DNA of 32,000 bases from Sorangium cellulosum So ce56 (GCF_000067165.1 NC_010162.1:8747989-8779988), one strand, 5' to 3'. Shown: positions 9,963 through 19,612, counted from the stretch's first letter. A program made the numbers and translations. Notes: a model not told the origin generated them from the sequence alone.

Positions 9963-10270
9963 TGACGAGCCCCCGTGTGAGACTTGCACTTACGCGAACC
10001 ACCAACAGGCGATGACGAGGATGCTTACGAAGAAAGATCCAGCACGACCACCTCCTGCCGGAATCAGCTCAGACTCTGCTGATGGGATGCTGATGTCAAG
10101 CGCTGTCGGAAATTTGAACCATTCAAGGCCTTCGGGGCTTTGCGTTGGGGGCGGCGGTGGGCGTCCTGCAATGCGCCACGGGTTTTGACGCCATGCTGGC
10201 GCATTGCGTCGCGGCTCGGCGTTGTTTTTCCATGCGGAGGGGCGGGCTGGCTCCGGTAGGTTCGTGGGCC

Positions 10271-11053
10271 ATGCGATCTGTCCAGAGCTCGTTTGCGCTT
10301 GTCCTGGTGGGTACCCTGGCCGCTTGCGGTGGCGCGGCGCCTCCTCCGTCGGAGCCGGATCGTGCGGAGGCCGAGGTGGCTGCTGCGGCGCCGGCCGCGA
10401 AGGAGGGTGAGGCGGCGGAGGGTGAAGGTGGGAAGAAGGAGGAGGACGCCGCGGCGGAAGCGTCACGGCAGATCCCGACGACGTGCGAGCAGCGGGGCAA
10501 CGAGTGTTTGCCGCCGGTGGCGTTCGTGAAGCGGCTCTGCAGCGGGTTCCATCCGGACGTGGCGCTGACCCTGTTCGCGAAGGGGTCGCCGTTCACGCGC
10601 GGGTACCTGACGCGGGACACCGACGCGGTGAACGCCTCTGGCGGGTCGTCCTCGAACGACAAGCTGGTCTTCGATGAGGAGGTGCTGATCCTCTATCACC
10701 GGGAGCCGGAGACCGGGGGCATGGTCGTGAGCGGCGCCGGCGGCGGATACGAGGTCCTGCGATGGGACGGGACGTGCGCCACGCTGATGGCGGAGGAGGT
10801 CCGGCAGCACGTGCCGCCGAAGCCGAAGTTCGCGGCGATCCCGTGGAAGAGCCTCGATCAGAAGACGCGCGACGCGTTCCTGGCCGACGAGAAGACGGGC
10901 AAGCTCATCATCGAGCGGAAGAGAGAGTGCAAGGGCGCGACGATGGGGGCGGTCACCGCGAAGTGCGAGAAGGTCGACAAGCAGATGGCGGCGGCGCTGA
11001 TCGCGTACGTGCGCAACGGCGGAGCGCTGCCGGCGCCGGGTCCGCTGCCCTGA
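10271..11053 (+). CDS. hypothetical lipoprotein
   Basis: ATG 10271 gives 'MRSVQSSFALVLVGTLAAC' (canonical lipobox LAAC), followed by an Ala/Glu-rich linker and a Cys-containing globular part. No domain recognised. Confidence 0.65.
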   Translation: MRSVQSSFALVLVGTLAACGGAAPPPSEPDRAEAEVAAAAPAAKEGEAAEGEGGKKEEDAAAEASRQIPTTCEQRGNECLPPVAFVKRLCSGFHPDVALTLFAKGSPFTRGYLTRDTDAVNASGGSSSNDKLVFDEEVLILYHREPETGGMVVSGAGGGYEVLRWDGTCATLMAEEVRQHVPPKPKFAAIPWKSLDQKTRDAFLADEKTGKLIIERKRECKGATMGAVTAKCEKVDKQMAAALIAYVRNGGALPAPGPLP

Positions 11054-11144
11054 GGGGCGGCGGGCGGGGGCGGGGCGCTTCCGGATGGGGTGGTTGGAAG
11101 CGCCGCCGGGCCGATGAGGGACGGGGGACCGCGGTCGCGGTCGG

Positions 11145-11435
11145 CTACTCCGGCTTGTCCTTGGGCGCCACGTAGTCGGGCGGGAGCTGCGCGGCCTCGT
11201 CCCCGCCGGTGAAGAAATACTTGTCGAGCTCGGTCATCCAGATCCGCTGGCCGGCCTCGGAGATGAGGTCGAGGCGGTACTCGTTGATGAGCATCTTCGA
11301 GTGCTCGAGCCACATCCGCCACGCCTCCTTCGAGACGTTGTCGAAAATCCGCTTGCCCAGCTCGCCCTTCAGCGGCGGCTTCTCCAGCCCCTCCGCCTCA
11401 CGGCCGAGCTTCACGCACTGGACCATCCTCGCCAT
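11145..11435 (-). CDS. yggX: Fe(2+)-trafficking / oxidative-damage protection protein YggX
   Basis: 'MARMVQCVKLGREAEGLEKPPLKGELGKRIFDNVSKEAWRMWLEHSKMLINEYRL' is collinear with E. coli YggX ('...[31 protein letters not shown]..W...QTMLINE..L'). Confidence 0.9.
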   Translation of the reverse strand: MARMVQCVKLGREAEGLEKPPLKGELGKRIFDNVSKEAWRMWLEHSKMLINEYRLDLISEAGQRIWMTELDKYFFTGGDEAAQLPPDYVAPKDKPE

Positions 11436-11471
11436 AAGTTGCCCGACTCCTTTTCCTTTTCGCGGGCTTCT

Positions 11472-11610
11472 TAGCCGAGCCGCGAGGAGCCGTCGAGAGC
11501 GGGAGGCGTGCCGGCGAGGTCAGCGGGCGGGGGGGCGGCCAGGTAGCTGAGCTGCGAGGAGCCGTCGGTCGGGGCAGGCACGCAGGCGACGTCAGCGGGT
11601 GGCCGACCGG
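11472..11610. repeat. two imperfect tandem copies of a ~72-bp unit
   Basis: Units start at 11472 ('tagccgagccgcgaggagccgtcg...') and 11544 ('tagctgagctgcgaggagccgtcg...'). Both contain 'gtcagcggg' at offset 47. They lie in the yggX-ssrA intergenic region. Confidence 0.6.
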
Positions 11611-11810
11611 ATAGGGGGCCCGACCAGACCAGGCGGATGGGCGGGCGGGCGGGCGGCACCAGGTTGAGGCACGTGGAAACGGGCAAGGCCGACGGAGGCG
11701 CGTGGGGGCAGCTGCAGGCAGGAAGCCCGAAGAATCGGACGAAACGGCCCGACCGGCGCACGGCGACGTCCGCGACGGCGTCAGCGACGGAACGATCTGG
11801 CGCCGAGGGG

Positions 11811-11839
11811 TTGACGGCAGCACGGTTTCTAGCAATATT
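11811..11839 (+). promoter_or_regulatory. candidate sigma-70-type promoter of ssrA
   Basis: 'TTGACG' (11811-11816), a 17-nt spacer, then 'AATATT' (11834-11839). It ends 24 nt upstream of the mature tmRNA 5' end, which would give a short leader for RNase P processing. Confidence 0.45.
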
Positions 11840-11949
11840 CGGTCCGTCTGAACGAACCACGAGGGGGCGATCGGCTTCGACGTGGGGACTGAAGGTCTGT
11901 CTGCGTGCTGGCGGCTCCTGCTCCGCCTATCAAGCGGGACGTTACAAGT

Positions 11950-11985
11950 GCGAACGACAACGCATACGCTGTCGCGGCCTAATAA
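11950..11985 (+). other. tmRNA tag reading frame (ANDNAYAVAA, double stop)
   Basis: GCG AAC GAC AAC GCA TAC GCT GTC GCG GCC TAA TAA. The resume codon is GCG at 11950. Confidence 0.8.
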
Positions 11986-12139
11986 CCGCTAAGCCATCCG
12001 AGGAGAAGGTCGTCCTAGTACTCTAAGGGTGTCAACCACAGGGCTGGGTCGCGTGAGGACGCCCTCGATAACGCGGCCGAGATTCAGTGAGGGATAGGTC
12101 GTAGCCGAATCTACGAACGCCGTCGCCGGCGCATGGCGA

Positions 12140-13411
<1,272 letters not shown>

Positions 13412-13447
13412 GGGTCGGTGTCTCCTTCAGGGCGCGGCCGGCCCGGT

Positions 13448-14149
13448 CTACTTCTGCTTCGCCTCCCACGCGCGCAGGGCGCGCGCGAGGGCTGCCACCT
13501 TCTCCGGGGGCAACGGCGGCTTCGTGGCGCTCTGCGTGTGAAAGCGGCTGATCTGGGAACGCTCGACGCCGGAGAGCTTCGCGAGCTGGGCTTGGGTAAG
13601 GCCCCGCTCGAAACAGCGGGCCATGAGCTCGCGGACGTCGGTCTCGCCGATTTCGCCAGCGGGAGCGCGCGCGGGCGGAGCCGCGGGCGCGGGTTCTGCG
13701 GAAGGCTGGCGCAGCGTCGAGATCAAGCCCTTGATGACCGACGACCGCGACACCTTGTCCGCGAGGCCGGGCGGCGCAATGGCGCGCTGGCGCTCGACCT
13801 CTGCATCCACGGTCTCGACCTCTCCCGGGGTGAGCCGGACGTGGACCATGACACCGGCGACGGTGCTGCGGTCTTCCTTCGGGGGGCGGCCCATGCGTGC
13901 CATGCTCTTGATCCTTTCCTTCACGGCTTCGTCGACTTCTCGACGCTCTTCTCCGGAGACGATGCGAACGATCGCGCAGAACCGCGGCCAGGGCTGCGCG
14001 AGCGCCCACGCGCGGAAAGCGCCAGGCGGGTCCGCGTGCTTCAGGATCTTCTGGCAGAGCTCGCGGCTCGCCGGGTCGGGGTTCGGCTCGGCCAGAGCAT
14101 GCCGAACCGCTGCGCTACCCCATATCTTGCACGCGATGGAGAAACTCAC
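13448..14149 (-). CDS. DNA-binding protein (central 'GRPPK...VHVRLTPGE' RHH/MobC-like segment, C-terminal XRE-type HTH)
   Basis: 'LTQAQLAKLSGVERSQISRF' is an HTH. 'MGRPPKEDRSTVAGVMVHVRLTPGEVE' resembles RHH/MobC-type N-termini. The GTG start at 14149 overlaps the upstream stop (GTGA). An internal ATG start is possible. Confidence 0.6.
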   Translation of the reverse strand: MSFSIACKIWGSAAVRHALAEPNPDPASRELCQKILKHADPPGAFRAWALAQPWPRFCAIVRIVSGEERREVDEAVKERIKSMARMGRPPKEDRSTVAGVMVHVRLTPGEVETVDAEVERQRAIAPPGLADKVSRSSVIKGLISTLRQPSAEPAPAAPPARAPAGEIGETDVRELMARCFERGLTQAQLAKLSGVERSQISRFHTQSATKPPLPPEKVAALARALRAWEAKQK

Positions 14150-14850
14150 TCTCTCGACCTCGCGAGCACCTTTCGCACGGTTTCAGCCGCCCAGCTACCA
14201 CCCCGCTTCGTCCGATACCCCTCGTCGGTGAGCGTGGCTGCGATCTCGCGCAGCGAGAGGCCATCGGCGCGGAGCGCGAGGATCCGATCGACGGTCGCAG
14301 CCTCGTCCTGCACGCAGGCGATGATGCGCCGGCCGTCTGCATCGGCCTCCCCGGTGTGAACCCACCCGAGCGCCGCCCCGCCGAGCCGCACGCCATCGGC
14401 GCGAAGCTGGGCGAGCGCGTCACGCGTGCGCTCGGCGGTCGCTTCGCGCTCCCACTGCGAGACCGACGCAAGCACGTTCAGCACGAGGCGACCCGCGGCA
14501 GAGCGCGTGTCGATCGAATCGGCGACCGACAGGAGCGAGAAGCGATCGGCGAAGTACCCGGCGATCAGCGCGTCGAGGTCGCGCACGCTGCGCGTGAGCC
14601 GATCGAGCTTCACCACGAGCAGCGCGGAAGCCTGGCCAGCGTCGAGCATGCCGAGGGCGCGTTGCAGGCCGGGGCGGTCGAGCGTCTTGGCGCTGACGCC
14701 AGGGTCTTCGATGATGTCCACGAGGTCGAGATCCATGGCCGTCGCGTAGGCTTCGAGCTTCGTCCGCTGCGCCGCGAGGCTCACGCCGCCGTCCGCCTGA
14801 TGCTCGGTCGAGACCCGCACGTACCCGATCGCCCTCGTCCGCTCGCCCAT
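14146..14850 (-). CDS. small serine recombinase (resolvase/invertase family)
   Basis: 'AIGYVRVSTEHQ' (catalytic Ser), 'LLVVKLDRLTRS' and 'VLASVSQWEREATAERTRDAL'. ATG at 14850. The long N-terminal extension in the ORF track (to 15540) is Arg/Ser-rich noise that overlaps the RuvC-like gene. Confidence 0.85.
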   Translation of the reverse strand: MGERTRAIGYVRVSTEHQADGGVSLAAQRTKLEAYATAMDLDLVDIIEDPGVSAKTLDRPGLQRALGMLDAGQASALLVVKLDRLTRSVRDLDALIAGYFADRFSLLSVADSIDTRSAAGRLVLNVLASVSQWEREATAERTRDALAQLRADGVRLGGAALGWVHTGEADADGRRIIACVQDEAATVDRILALRADGLSLREIAATLTDEGYRTKRGGSWAAETVRKVLARSRE

Positions 14851-14881
14851 GTGTACATAATGTATCTCAATATGTATCCGG

Positions 14882-15430
14882 TCAAGGGAGATTGCTATCG
14901 AGCTCTGCCGAGATCGCCCACGGCTGCGACGCGGGCGCAGGCCCCTTCTCGCGGATCGTGCTCCACGCGACCGCGGCGGCGTCCCGCGCGTGCTCGCTCG
15001 ACCGGGCGGGCCATCCGGCAACCCGCGCGCGGATGGCGATGGCGAGCGCGGCGTCCCCTGCTCTGGCGCATCCCAGGGCCGAGCGCACCGCCTGGAGCGT
15101 CGCGGTGCGGACGACGAGCCCCCGTGCCGCCGCGAGGCCGGCAAGCTCGGCCCCGACCCATGACGCGCCACAGAGCTCGCTGGCCATGGCAGCGCAGAAC
15201 CGCGGGCGGGGGAAGACGCGGACGACGCGCTCGACGGCGACCAGCGCCGGGCGGTAGCGCGAGAGCAGCGCCCCTGCGGCCGTGCGCAGCGCCTCGAGCC
15301 CGGGATCGCCCGCGAGGTCGACGGGAAGCACGCCGGAGCCGACGTGCCGCGCGCCTGCCGCGTCCACGTCGAGCGCAGCCCATCCCACGCGGGCGGCACC
15401 AGGGTCGAACCCAAGCACGATGGTGTCCAT
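14882..15430 (-). CDS. RuvC-like Holliday-junction resolvase
   Basis: 'IVLGFDPGAARVGWAAL' (the first Asp motif, cf. RuvC 'ILGIDPGS'), 'LVAVERV' (Glu) and 'EHARDAAAVAW' (the C-terminal acidic pair, cf. 'DAADALAIAI'). Confidence 0.65.
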   Translation of the reverse strand: MDTIVLGFDPGAARVGWAALDVDAAGARHVGSGVLPVDLAGDPGLEALRTAAGALLSRYRPALVAVERVVRVFPRPRFCAAMASELCGASWVGAELAGLAAARGLVVRTATLQAVRSALGCARAGDAALAIAIRARVAGWPARSSEHARDAAAVAWSTIREKGPAPASQPWAISAELDSNLP

Positions 15431-15442
15431 CGGGAAAGCCTC

Positions 15443-15529
15443 ACGTCCCCAGCACGCGGCATGCCGGCCCGCGCTGATTTACTTGCGAGTAAATCAGCGC
15501 GGGCCGGCATGCCGCGTGCTTGGGGACGT
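15443..15529. repeat. 87-nt near-perfect inverted repeat (41/42-bp stem, 4-nt loop)
   Basis: The left arm (15443-15483) is the reverse complement of the right arm (15488-15529) apart from one extra T. The loop is 'tgcg'. It lies between the rep stop (15583) and the RuvC-like start (15430). Confidence 0.9.
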
Positions 15530-15582
15530 CGGAAGAACAATGTCCTAGCACCGCCCTGTCAAGATATTTCGCGTACGAAGAA

Positions 15583-17088
15583 TCAGGCGCCATCGTAGCC
15601 TCGTGGATCGAAGCGGCGGCGCACTCCGTTCGCGTTCCGCTCCGCCTCTCCGCCATGGGCCTGCATGGGCCTGGAAGCCGATGGCGACGAGCACGCGGGG
15701 CCTTGGCTCGCTGCCAGCGTCGCGAGCCGAGCACGACGAGCGCCGGGGCTCGGCGGGGCAGGAACGCCGTTCCGCGCCACGCCGATCTCGACCACCGTCC
15801 CGCGCGGCGCCGCGTCGGAGCCGACAATCCAGCCGAGCGCGTCATACGCGATGCGCACCATCTCGACGTCGCCCGCCACGTGCGCCTTGACCATCCCTTG
15901 AATCAAGTGTTCGGCCATCATCATCCGCGGATTGGCGTGCTCCACACTGGATCTGTCCGCCGCAAGCGCCTCTGCGCTCTCCGAAGCGGCACCGCCCAGC
16001 CGCGCCCATCCGGCGCTCACGCGCGCCGTGAGATCGACAGCCGCGTCCGAGGCACCCACGGCGCGCAGGAATGCTCGGATCTTGCCCTCGGCCGCGTCTT
16101 GGGAGAGCCCGTCTCCGGCCAGGCGTGAGACCATCGCGCCAATGACCTGAGGCCACGTGGCGCCGCCCCGAGCTCGATGCATGCGCACCGCGGGGAGCGC
16201 TCCGGACTGCGTGAACACGGCTTGTTGTAGAACCGCCCAGCGTGGATCCACCTCGCAGCGCTCCTTGCGCGTTGCTGTTCCGGGTAGGACAAGACGCAGC
16301 GTCTTGCGGGTGAACCTCTGCCACACGGGATCAAGATGTTCGGGCAACGACGACGGCGAGCGTAGGCCGAGCTCGGTCAGCTGGCGGCCGCGCAGGCGAA
16401 TCTCCGTCCGCCACACTTGCCCCTCCCCGTCCCAACCGTGCGCCATCCACCCCGCGCGCTCCATAGTGGGGCGGGATGAATCGCGCTTCCCACGCAGGTC
16501 CTCTGTCTTGTTGTAGAGCGCAAAGATCAGGTTTCGCCTGTCGCCTACATGCAAGCCCGTGACTATGGGGCCGTTGCGCGTCCGCCGCATCTCGGTGCGG
16601 AAGCTGCTCATGCGGCGCAGCCGGCCGACGAACGCCTCCCGATCGGCCTCGCTGAACGTCGTACCTGCGAGATCAACGCAGAGATCGAGCTCTTGGACCT
16701 GGCCTGCTGGCGTCTCGGAGTCGGAGCCGGCGAAGTGCGCGGCGATCTCTGCGGCGTGGTTCACGGCTTCCGCCAAGGGGCGCGACGCGAGAAAGGGAAC
16801 CGCGAGATCCACGATGATGCCCCCCTCCCCGACGAAGACCCGGCCGCTCGGACTGACCGCACAGAACGCCTTGCCCCGCCTGCCCTGCCGCTCGACCGCG
16901 AAGCGCTCGCCTGCGAGCACGACGCACGCCCCGCCGCTGCGCGCCTCCAACTTGGCGCGCGCCAGCTCTTGCAGCACTGCGGGGCAGACGCGCATGGGGT
17001 AGCGGATCGCCAGCGCATCCACCCGTGCCCCGACGACGTAGGGGCTGCTCCCGGCGTGCGGGGCGGTGGTGTTTGAACACCCCTTCAT
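15583..17088 (-). CDS. replication initiation protein, Rep_trans-like (rolling-circle type)
   Basis: Ordered motifs resemble the Rep_trans family: 'RVDALAIRYP', 'ELDLCVDLAG', 'GLHVGDRRNLIFALYNKTEDL' (candidate catalytic Tyr) and 'VWRTEIRLRGRQL'. The assignment rests on motif recall only. Confidence 0.6.
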   Translation of the reverse strand: MKGCSNTTAPHAGSSPYVVGARVDALAIRYPMRVCPAVLQELARAKLEARSGGACVVLAGERFAVERQGRRGKAFCAVSPSGRVFVGEGGIIVDLAVPFLASRPLAEAVNHAAEIAAHFAGSDSETPAGQVQELDLCVDLAGTTFSEADREAFVGRLRRMSSFRTEMRRTRNGPIVTGLHVGDRRNLIFALYNKTEDLRGKRDSSRPTMERAGWMAHGWDGEGQVWRTEIRLRGRQLTELGLRSPSSLPEHLDPVWQRFTRKTLRLVLPGTATRKERCEVDPRWAVLQQAVFTQSGALPAVRMHRARGGATWPQVIGAMVSRLAGDGLSQDAAEGKIRAFLRAVGASDAAVDLTARVSAGWARLGGAASESAEALAADRSSVEHANPRMMMAEHLIQGMVKAHVAGDVEMVRIAYDALGWIVGSDAAPRGTVVEIGVARNGVPAPPSPGARRARLATLAASQGPACSSPSASRPMQAHGGEAERNANGVRRRFDPRGYDGA

Positions 17089-17100
17089 AAGGCTTCCCGG

Positions 17101-17487
17101 TCACCTTCGCGTCGTGCGACGGTTCGACGGTCGGAGCGGAATTCCCGCCTTTTCGAGCAGGGCGCGATCGTCGTCCGCGTCGTCTACGGGCTTGCGTTCA
17201 CGACGTGCCAGCTTTCGGCTCTCGATCCAGGTCTCGACGTCGGTCCAGAGCGCGACGACCTCGCGCCTGCGTTTGAACGTGGCGAAGTGCCCGCGGCGCC
17301 CGGCGTCCAGAAACGCCCGGGCGGAGCCGAGCGGGTTCAACTTCGCCGTTGCGTAGCGCGGCGTCAGCTGGACGCTGATGCCGCCTACCTCGATGGCATC
17401 CGCCTGCGCGCGCATCGTGCGGACCTGCACGTCCAGTGCGTCCGCCCCCATGCGTAACAGCGTCGCGACGTGAACCGCGGCGCTCAC
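17101..17487 (-). CDS. hypothetical protein (weak excisionase/HTH-like resemblance)
   Basis: The GTG start at 17487 overlaps the RHH gene stop (GTGA). 'GHFATFKRRREVVALWTDVETWIESR' loosely resembles Xis/AlpA-type HTH C-termini. An alternative ATG lies at about 17451. Confidence 0.5.
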   Translation of the reverse strand: MSAAVHVATLLRMGADALDVQVRTMRAQADAIEVGGISVQLTPRYATAKLNPLGSARAFLDAGRRGHFATFKRRREVVALWTDVETWIESRKLARRERKPVDDADDDRALLEKAGIPLRPSNRRTTRR

Positions 17488-17693
17488 GGCTTACGCTCCG
17501 GTGTGGACTGGGCGCGCTCGATCTGCGCCAGGCGGATTCGGATGCCCTGCTCTGCGATCCTGGATTGCGGGATGCCCGTCGCCTCCGACAGCGCGCGGAG
17601 CCTCTCGCGCAGGTCGATCGGGATCGTGAGGTTCGAGGGGCGGCGCCGGGGCCGCCCCTGTCGACCAGCGTTCTTGTGCGCGTTGCTGTTCAT
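17484..17693 (-). CDS. ribbon-helix-helix (CopG/Arc-type) DNA-binding protein
   Basis: 'LTIPIDLRERLRALSEATGIPQSRIAEQGIRIRL' follows the beta-strand, helix, helix pattern. ATG 17693 is preferred over the ORF-track start at 17732. Confidence 0.65.
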   Translation of the reverse strand: MNSNAHKNAGRQGRPRRRPSNLTIPIDLRERLRALSEATGIPQSRIAEQGIRIRLAQIERAQSTPERKP

Positions 17694-17787
17694 ATGGGCG
17701 CACATCAAGCCGCACGGCCCGACGACGAGCAAGCCGCTACATAACGCACCCCTTCGTCTGTTATAACCGCCCAGGGCCCCCAGCCGG

Positions 17788-18558
17788 TTACGCGCGACGT
17801 TGCTGGCGCGTCCGGAACGCTCTCATACGTTCGTTAGCGTCCAGCGCGTTGTGCGGGTTGATCCCGGCGATCTTGAATGCCTGTCTCGCAACCTCGTCGA
17901 GATCGCTCTCCGGATCGATTCCATTCGGGCCGAAGTGCGCGGCGAGCTTTTCAGCCAGATCCGCGACCTGCTGTTCGATATCGGCCCGCGAGCGCTGGTT
18001 GTGGAAAATTGCCTTCGCAATGAACGCGTAGGAGGGGCCTTGAATCTCCCTACGCCCGTCGTGGGTCAGAGCATAACCGCGTGACCGGAGGGCGTTCATC
18101 ACGGCCTCTCGATGGGTAGGTTTCCGTTGCTTCTGGTACCGCTCGGTCGATCTGATCATGGCCTGAAGGAAGGTTTTTGCGTGGCGCGCCCCACCCTCGC
18201 CGCCATCACGCGCGACATCTCCGATCGCCCGTTGAAGCATAGTTAGGATCCGGCTCATCTCAGGATAGGGATAGCCCGGGTTCGTTCCCTGAATAAAAAG
18301 GTGGAGTCCCAGGTTGTAGGCCTGGAGCGCGAGGGATGCTGTAAAAGGACTGTTGATCGATGCCGCGAACACGGCGAGCATCTCCCCGAAGTCTTCGGGC
18401 GGCAGCTGAGCCGGCTCCGGAACAGCCTCGTGCGCCTTCGGCGCCGCTCCCGCCTTTGGTTGACGCGTGGGAGCGGCCCTGCTCGCCTTGACGCTGTTTT
18501 TCTTCGTCGCCTTGCCCTTACCTGCGGTCGCGCTTACCCTTTTCGAAGCCACAGTCAC
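17788..18558 (-). CDS. hypothetical protein (Lys/Ala-rich N-terminus)
   Basis: A 256-aa ORF with protein-like composition and somewhat lower GC than its surroundings. No domain recognised. Confidence 0.6.
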   Translation of the reverse strand: MTVASKRVSATAGKGKATKKNSVKASRAAPTRQPKAGAAPKAHEAVPEPAQLPPEDFGEMLAVFAASINSPFTASLALQAYNLGLHLFIQGTNPGYPYPEMSRILTMLQRAIGDVARDGGEGGARHAKTFLQAMIRSTERYQKQRKPTHREAVMNALRSRGYALTHDGRREIQGPSYAFIAKAIFHNQRSRADIEQQVADLAEKLAAHFGPNGIDPESDLDEVARQAFKIAGINPHNALDANERMRAFRTRQQRRA

Positions 18559-18787
18559 CTCGCGTGTGATTGTCTGCGGCCGGGAGGCTCCACCCTCGCC
18601 GGCCGCATCCTTTCGAGCCTACAGCATGTGGGAGTGATCTCAGGGCCGCACGGCCGGGGAGCGATCGAACCCCCGGTCTCGTCGGCGGTGGCGATGCTGA
18701 GGCCGACGGGCTGCGCCGCGCTTCGCCAGGCGTGCGTGGGGGCGAGGCTCCGCGTAGCTCGCCCGGCATGCGCCGCCCGTGGAGCGC

Positions 18788-19030
18788 CTACCTGTCGTGC
18801 CGCACGAAGTGCCGCTCGATGGCGTCGAGGATCTGCAAGGCGCCGCGCGCTTCGGCGACGGCCTCGCGGTCCGCGCGAGTCGTCGCGCTCATCTGAGCGG
18901 CAAGCACGGCGGCCCAGAGCCGGTCATGGTCCCAGCGGTGGACGACGTACGGGTCAAGGGCGCGCGCCTGCTCCGCAAGGTAGGCGAGGTCTTCCCGGGT
19001 CAGTGCGCGGCGTGTCTCGCGGTCGCTCAT
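18788..19030 (-). CDS. small protein translationally coupled to the ECF sigma gene (anti-sigma candidate, unproven)
   Basis: ATG 19030-19028 overlaps the sigma gene's TGA stop at 19029-19027 (ATGA). The 80-aa product is 'MSDRETRRALTREDLAYLAEQ...'. No zinc-binding HxxxCxxC anti-sigma motif is present. Confidence 0.45.
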   Translation of the reverse strand: MSDRETRRALTREDLAYLAEQARALDPYVVHRWDHDRLWAAVLAAQMSATTRADREAVAEARGALQILDAIERHFVRHDR

Positions 19031-19587
19031 CGGCGCCACCTCCTCAACTTCAGCGCCAGCGCCTCGCGAGCGATGCGGAGCCTCGACGCCGCGGTGCTCG
19101 GGTTCATGCGCCGCCGCTTGGCGTACGCGACCAGCGACAGCGGGTCGTCCACCGAGAGGAGCGCGTCGCGTTGCCAGGGCGGCAAGCTGGCCATGGCGTC
19201 CAGCACCTCCCGCGCCTCGATCTGGGCGTGCATGTCGATGCCGACTGGCTCGTGCAGCAACCCGAGCGGTTCCGGATGAAGCACGGCGCGCCTCGACCAC
19301 GCGCTGTGGACGTAGTGCGAGGCGAGGCGCCAGGCGATGCCATGGAGCCACTTGCGTAGCGCGTCCCTGGGCTTATCCCGCGGGTCTGGTCTGTAGAGCC
19401 CACGGCGGACGGCGTTCCAGGCGTTGAGCAACACCTCGGCCTCCACGTCGCGGCGGTCGCGCCGCGGGATGCCAGCGAGCGTCGCCAGGACGATGCCGCG
19501 CTCGGCAAGGATCTCCTCGATGCTCGGTCGCTTCCTGGGGTGTCGTGCGGCAGGCGGGCGTCCGGCCCCCTTCCGCCGGGGCTTCAC
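19027..19587 (-). CDS. ECF-type sigma-70 family RNA polymerase sigma factor
   Basis: Region 2-like 'DVEAEVLLNAWNAV...WLHGIAWRLASHY'. Region 4-like 'LPPWQRDALLS...AYAKRRRMNPSTAASRLRIAREAL'. GTG start. Confidence 0.75.
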   Translation of the reverse strand: MKPRRKGAGRPPAARHPRKRPSIEEILAERGIVLATLAGIPRRDRRDVEAEVLLNAWNAVRRGLYRPDPRDKPRDALRKWLHGIAWRLASHYVHSAWSRRAVLHPEPLGLLHEPVGIDMHAQIEAREVLDAMASLPPWQRDALLSVDDPLSLVAYAKRRRMNPSTAASRLRIAREALALKLRRWRR

Positions 19588-19612
19588 GCGCGCCTCCTGT
19601 GGTCCTCGTGGG

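Noticed and set aside
198-10005. Long ORFs antisense to or overlapping the called genes (198..1556 -, 1723..3345 -, 3138..5045 +, 3460..5100 -, 4979..6787 -, 6939..9749 +, 6952..10005 -)
   Set aside because: Their products are Arg/Ala/Pro/Gly-rich low-complexity sequence, typical of shadow frames in ~70% GC DNA. Each overlaps a gene with recognisable domains on the other strand or in another frame.
11398-11860. Minus-strand ORFs (145 aa and 129 aa) in the yggX-ssrA intergenic region
   Set aside because: Their sequences simply echo the 72-bp tandem repeat ('DGSSQL.../DGSSRL...') and run into the ssrA promoter. They are low-complexity Pro/Ala/Arg sequence.
17101-17693. The RHH gene plus the overlapping 128-aa gene as a toxin-antitoxin pair
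   Set aside because: The gene order and the 4-nt overlap fit a TA module, but the 128-aa protein shows none of the PIN, RelE or MazF-type motifs I can recognise. It looks more like a DNA-binding or excision accessory protein.
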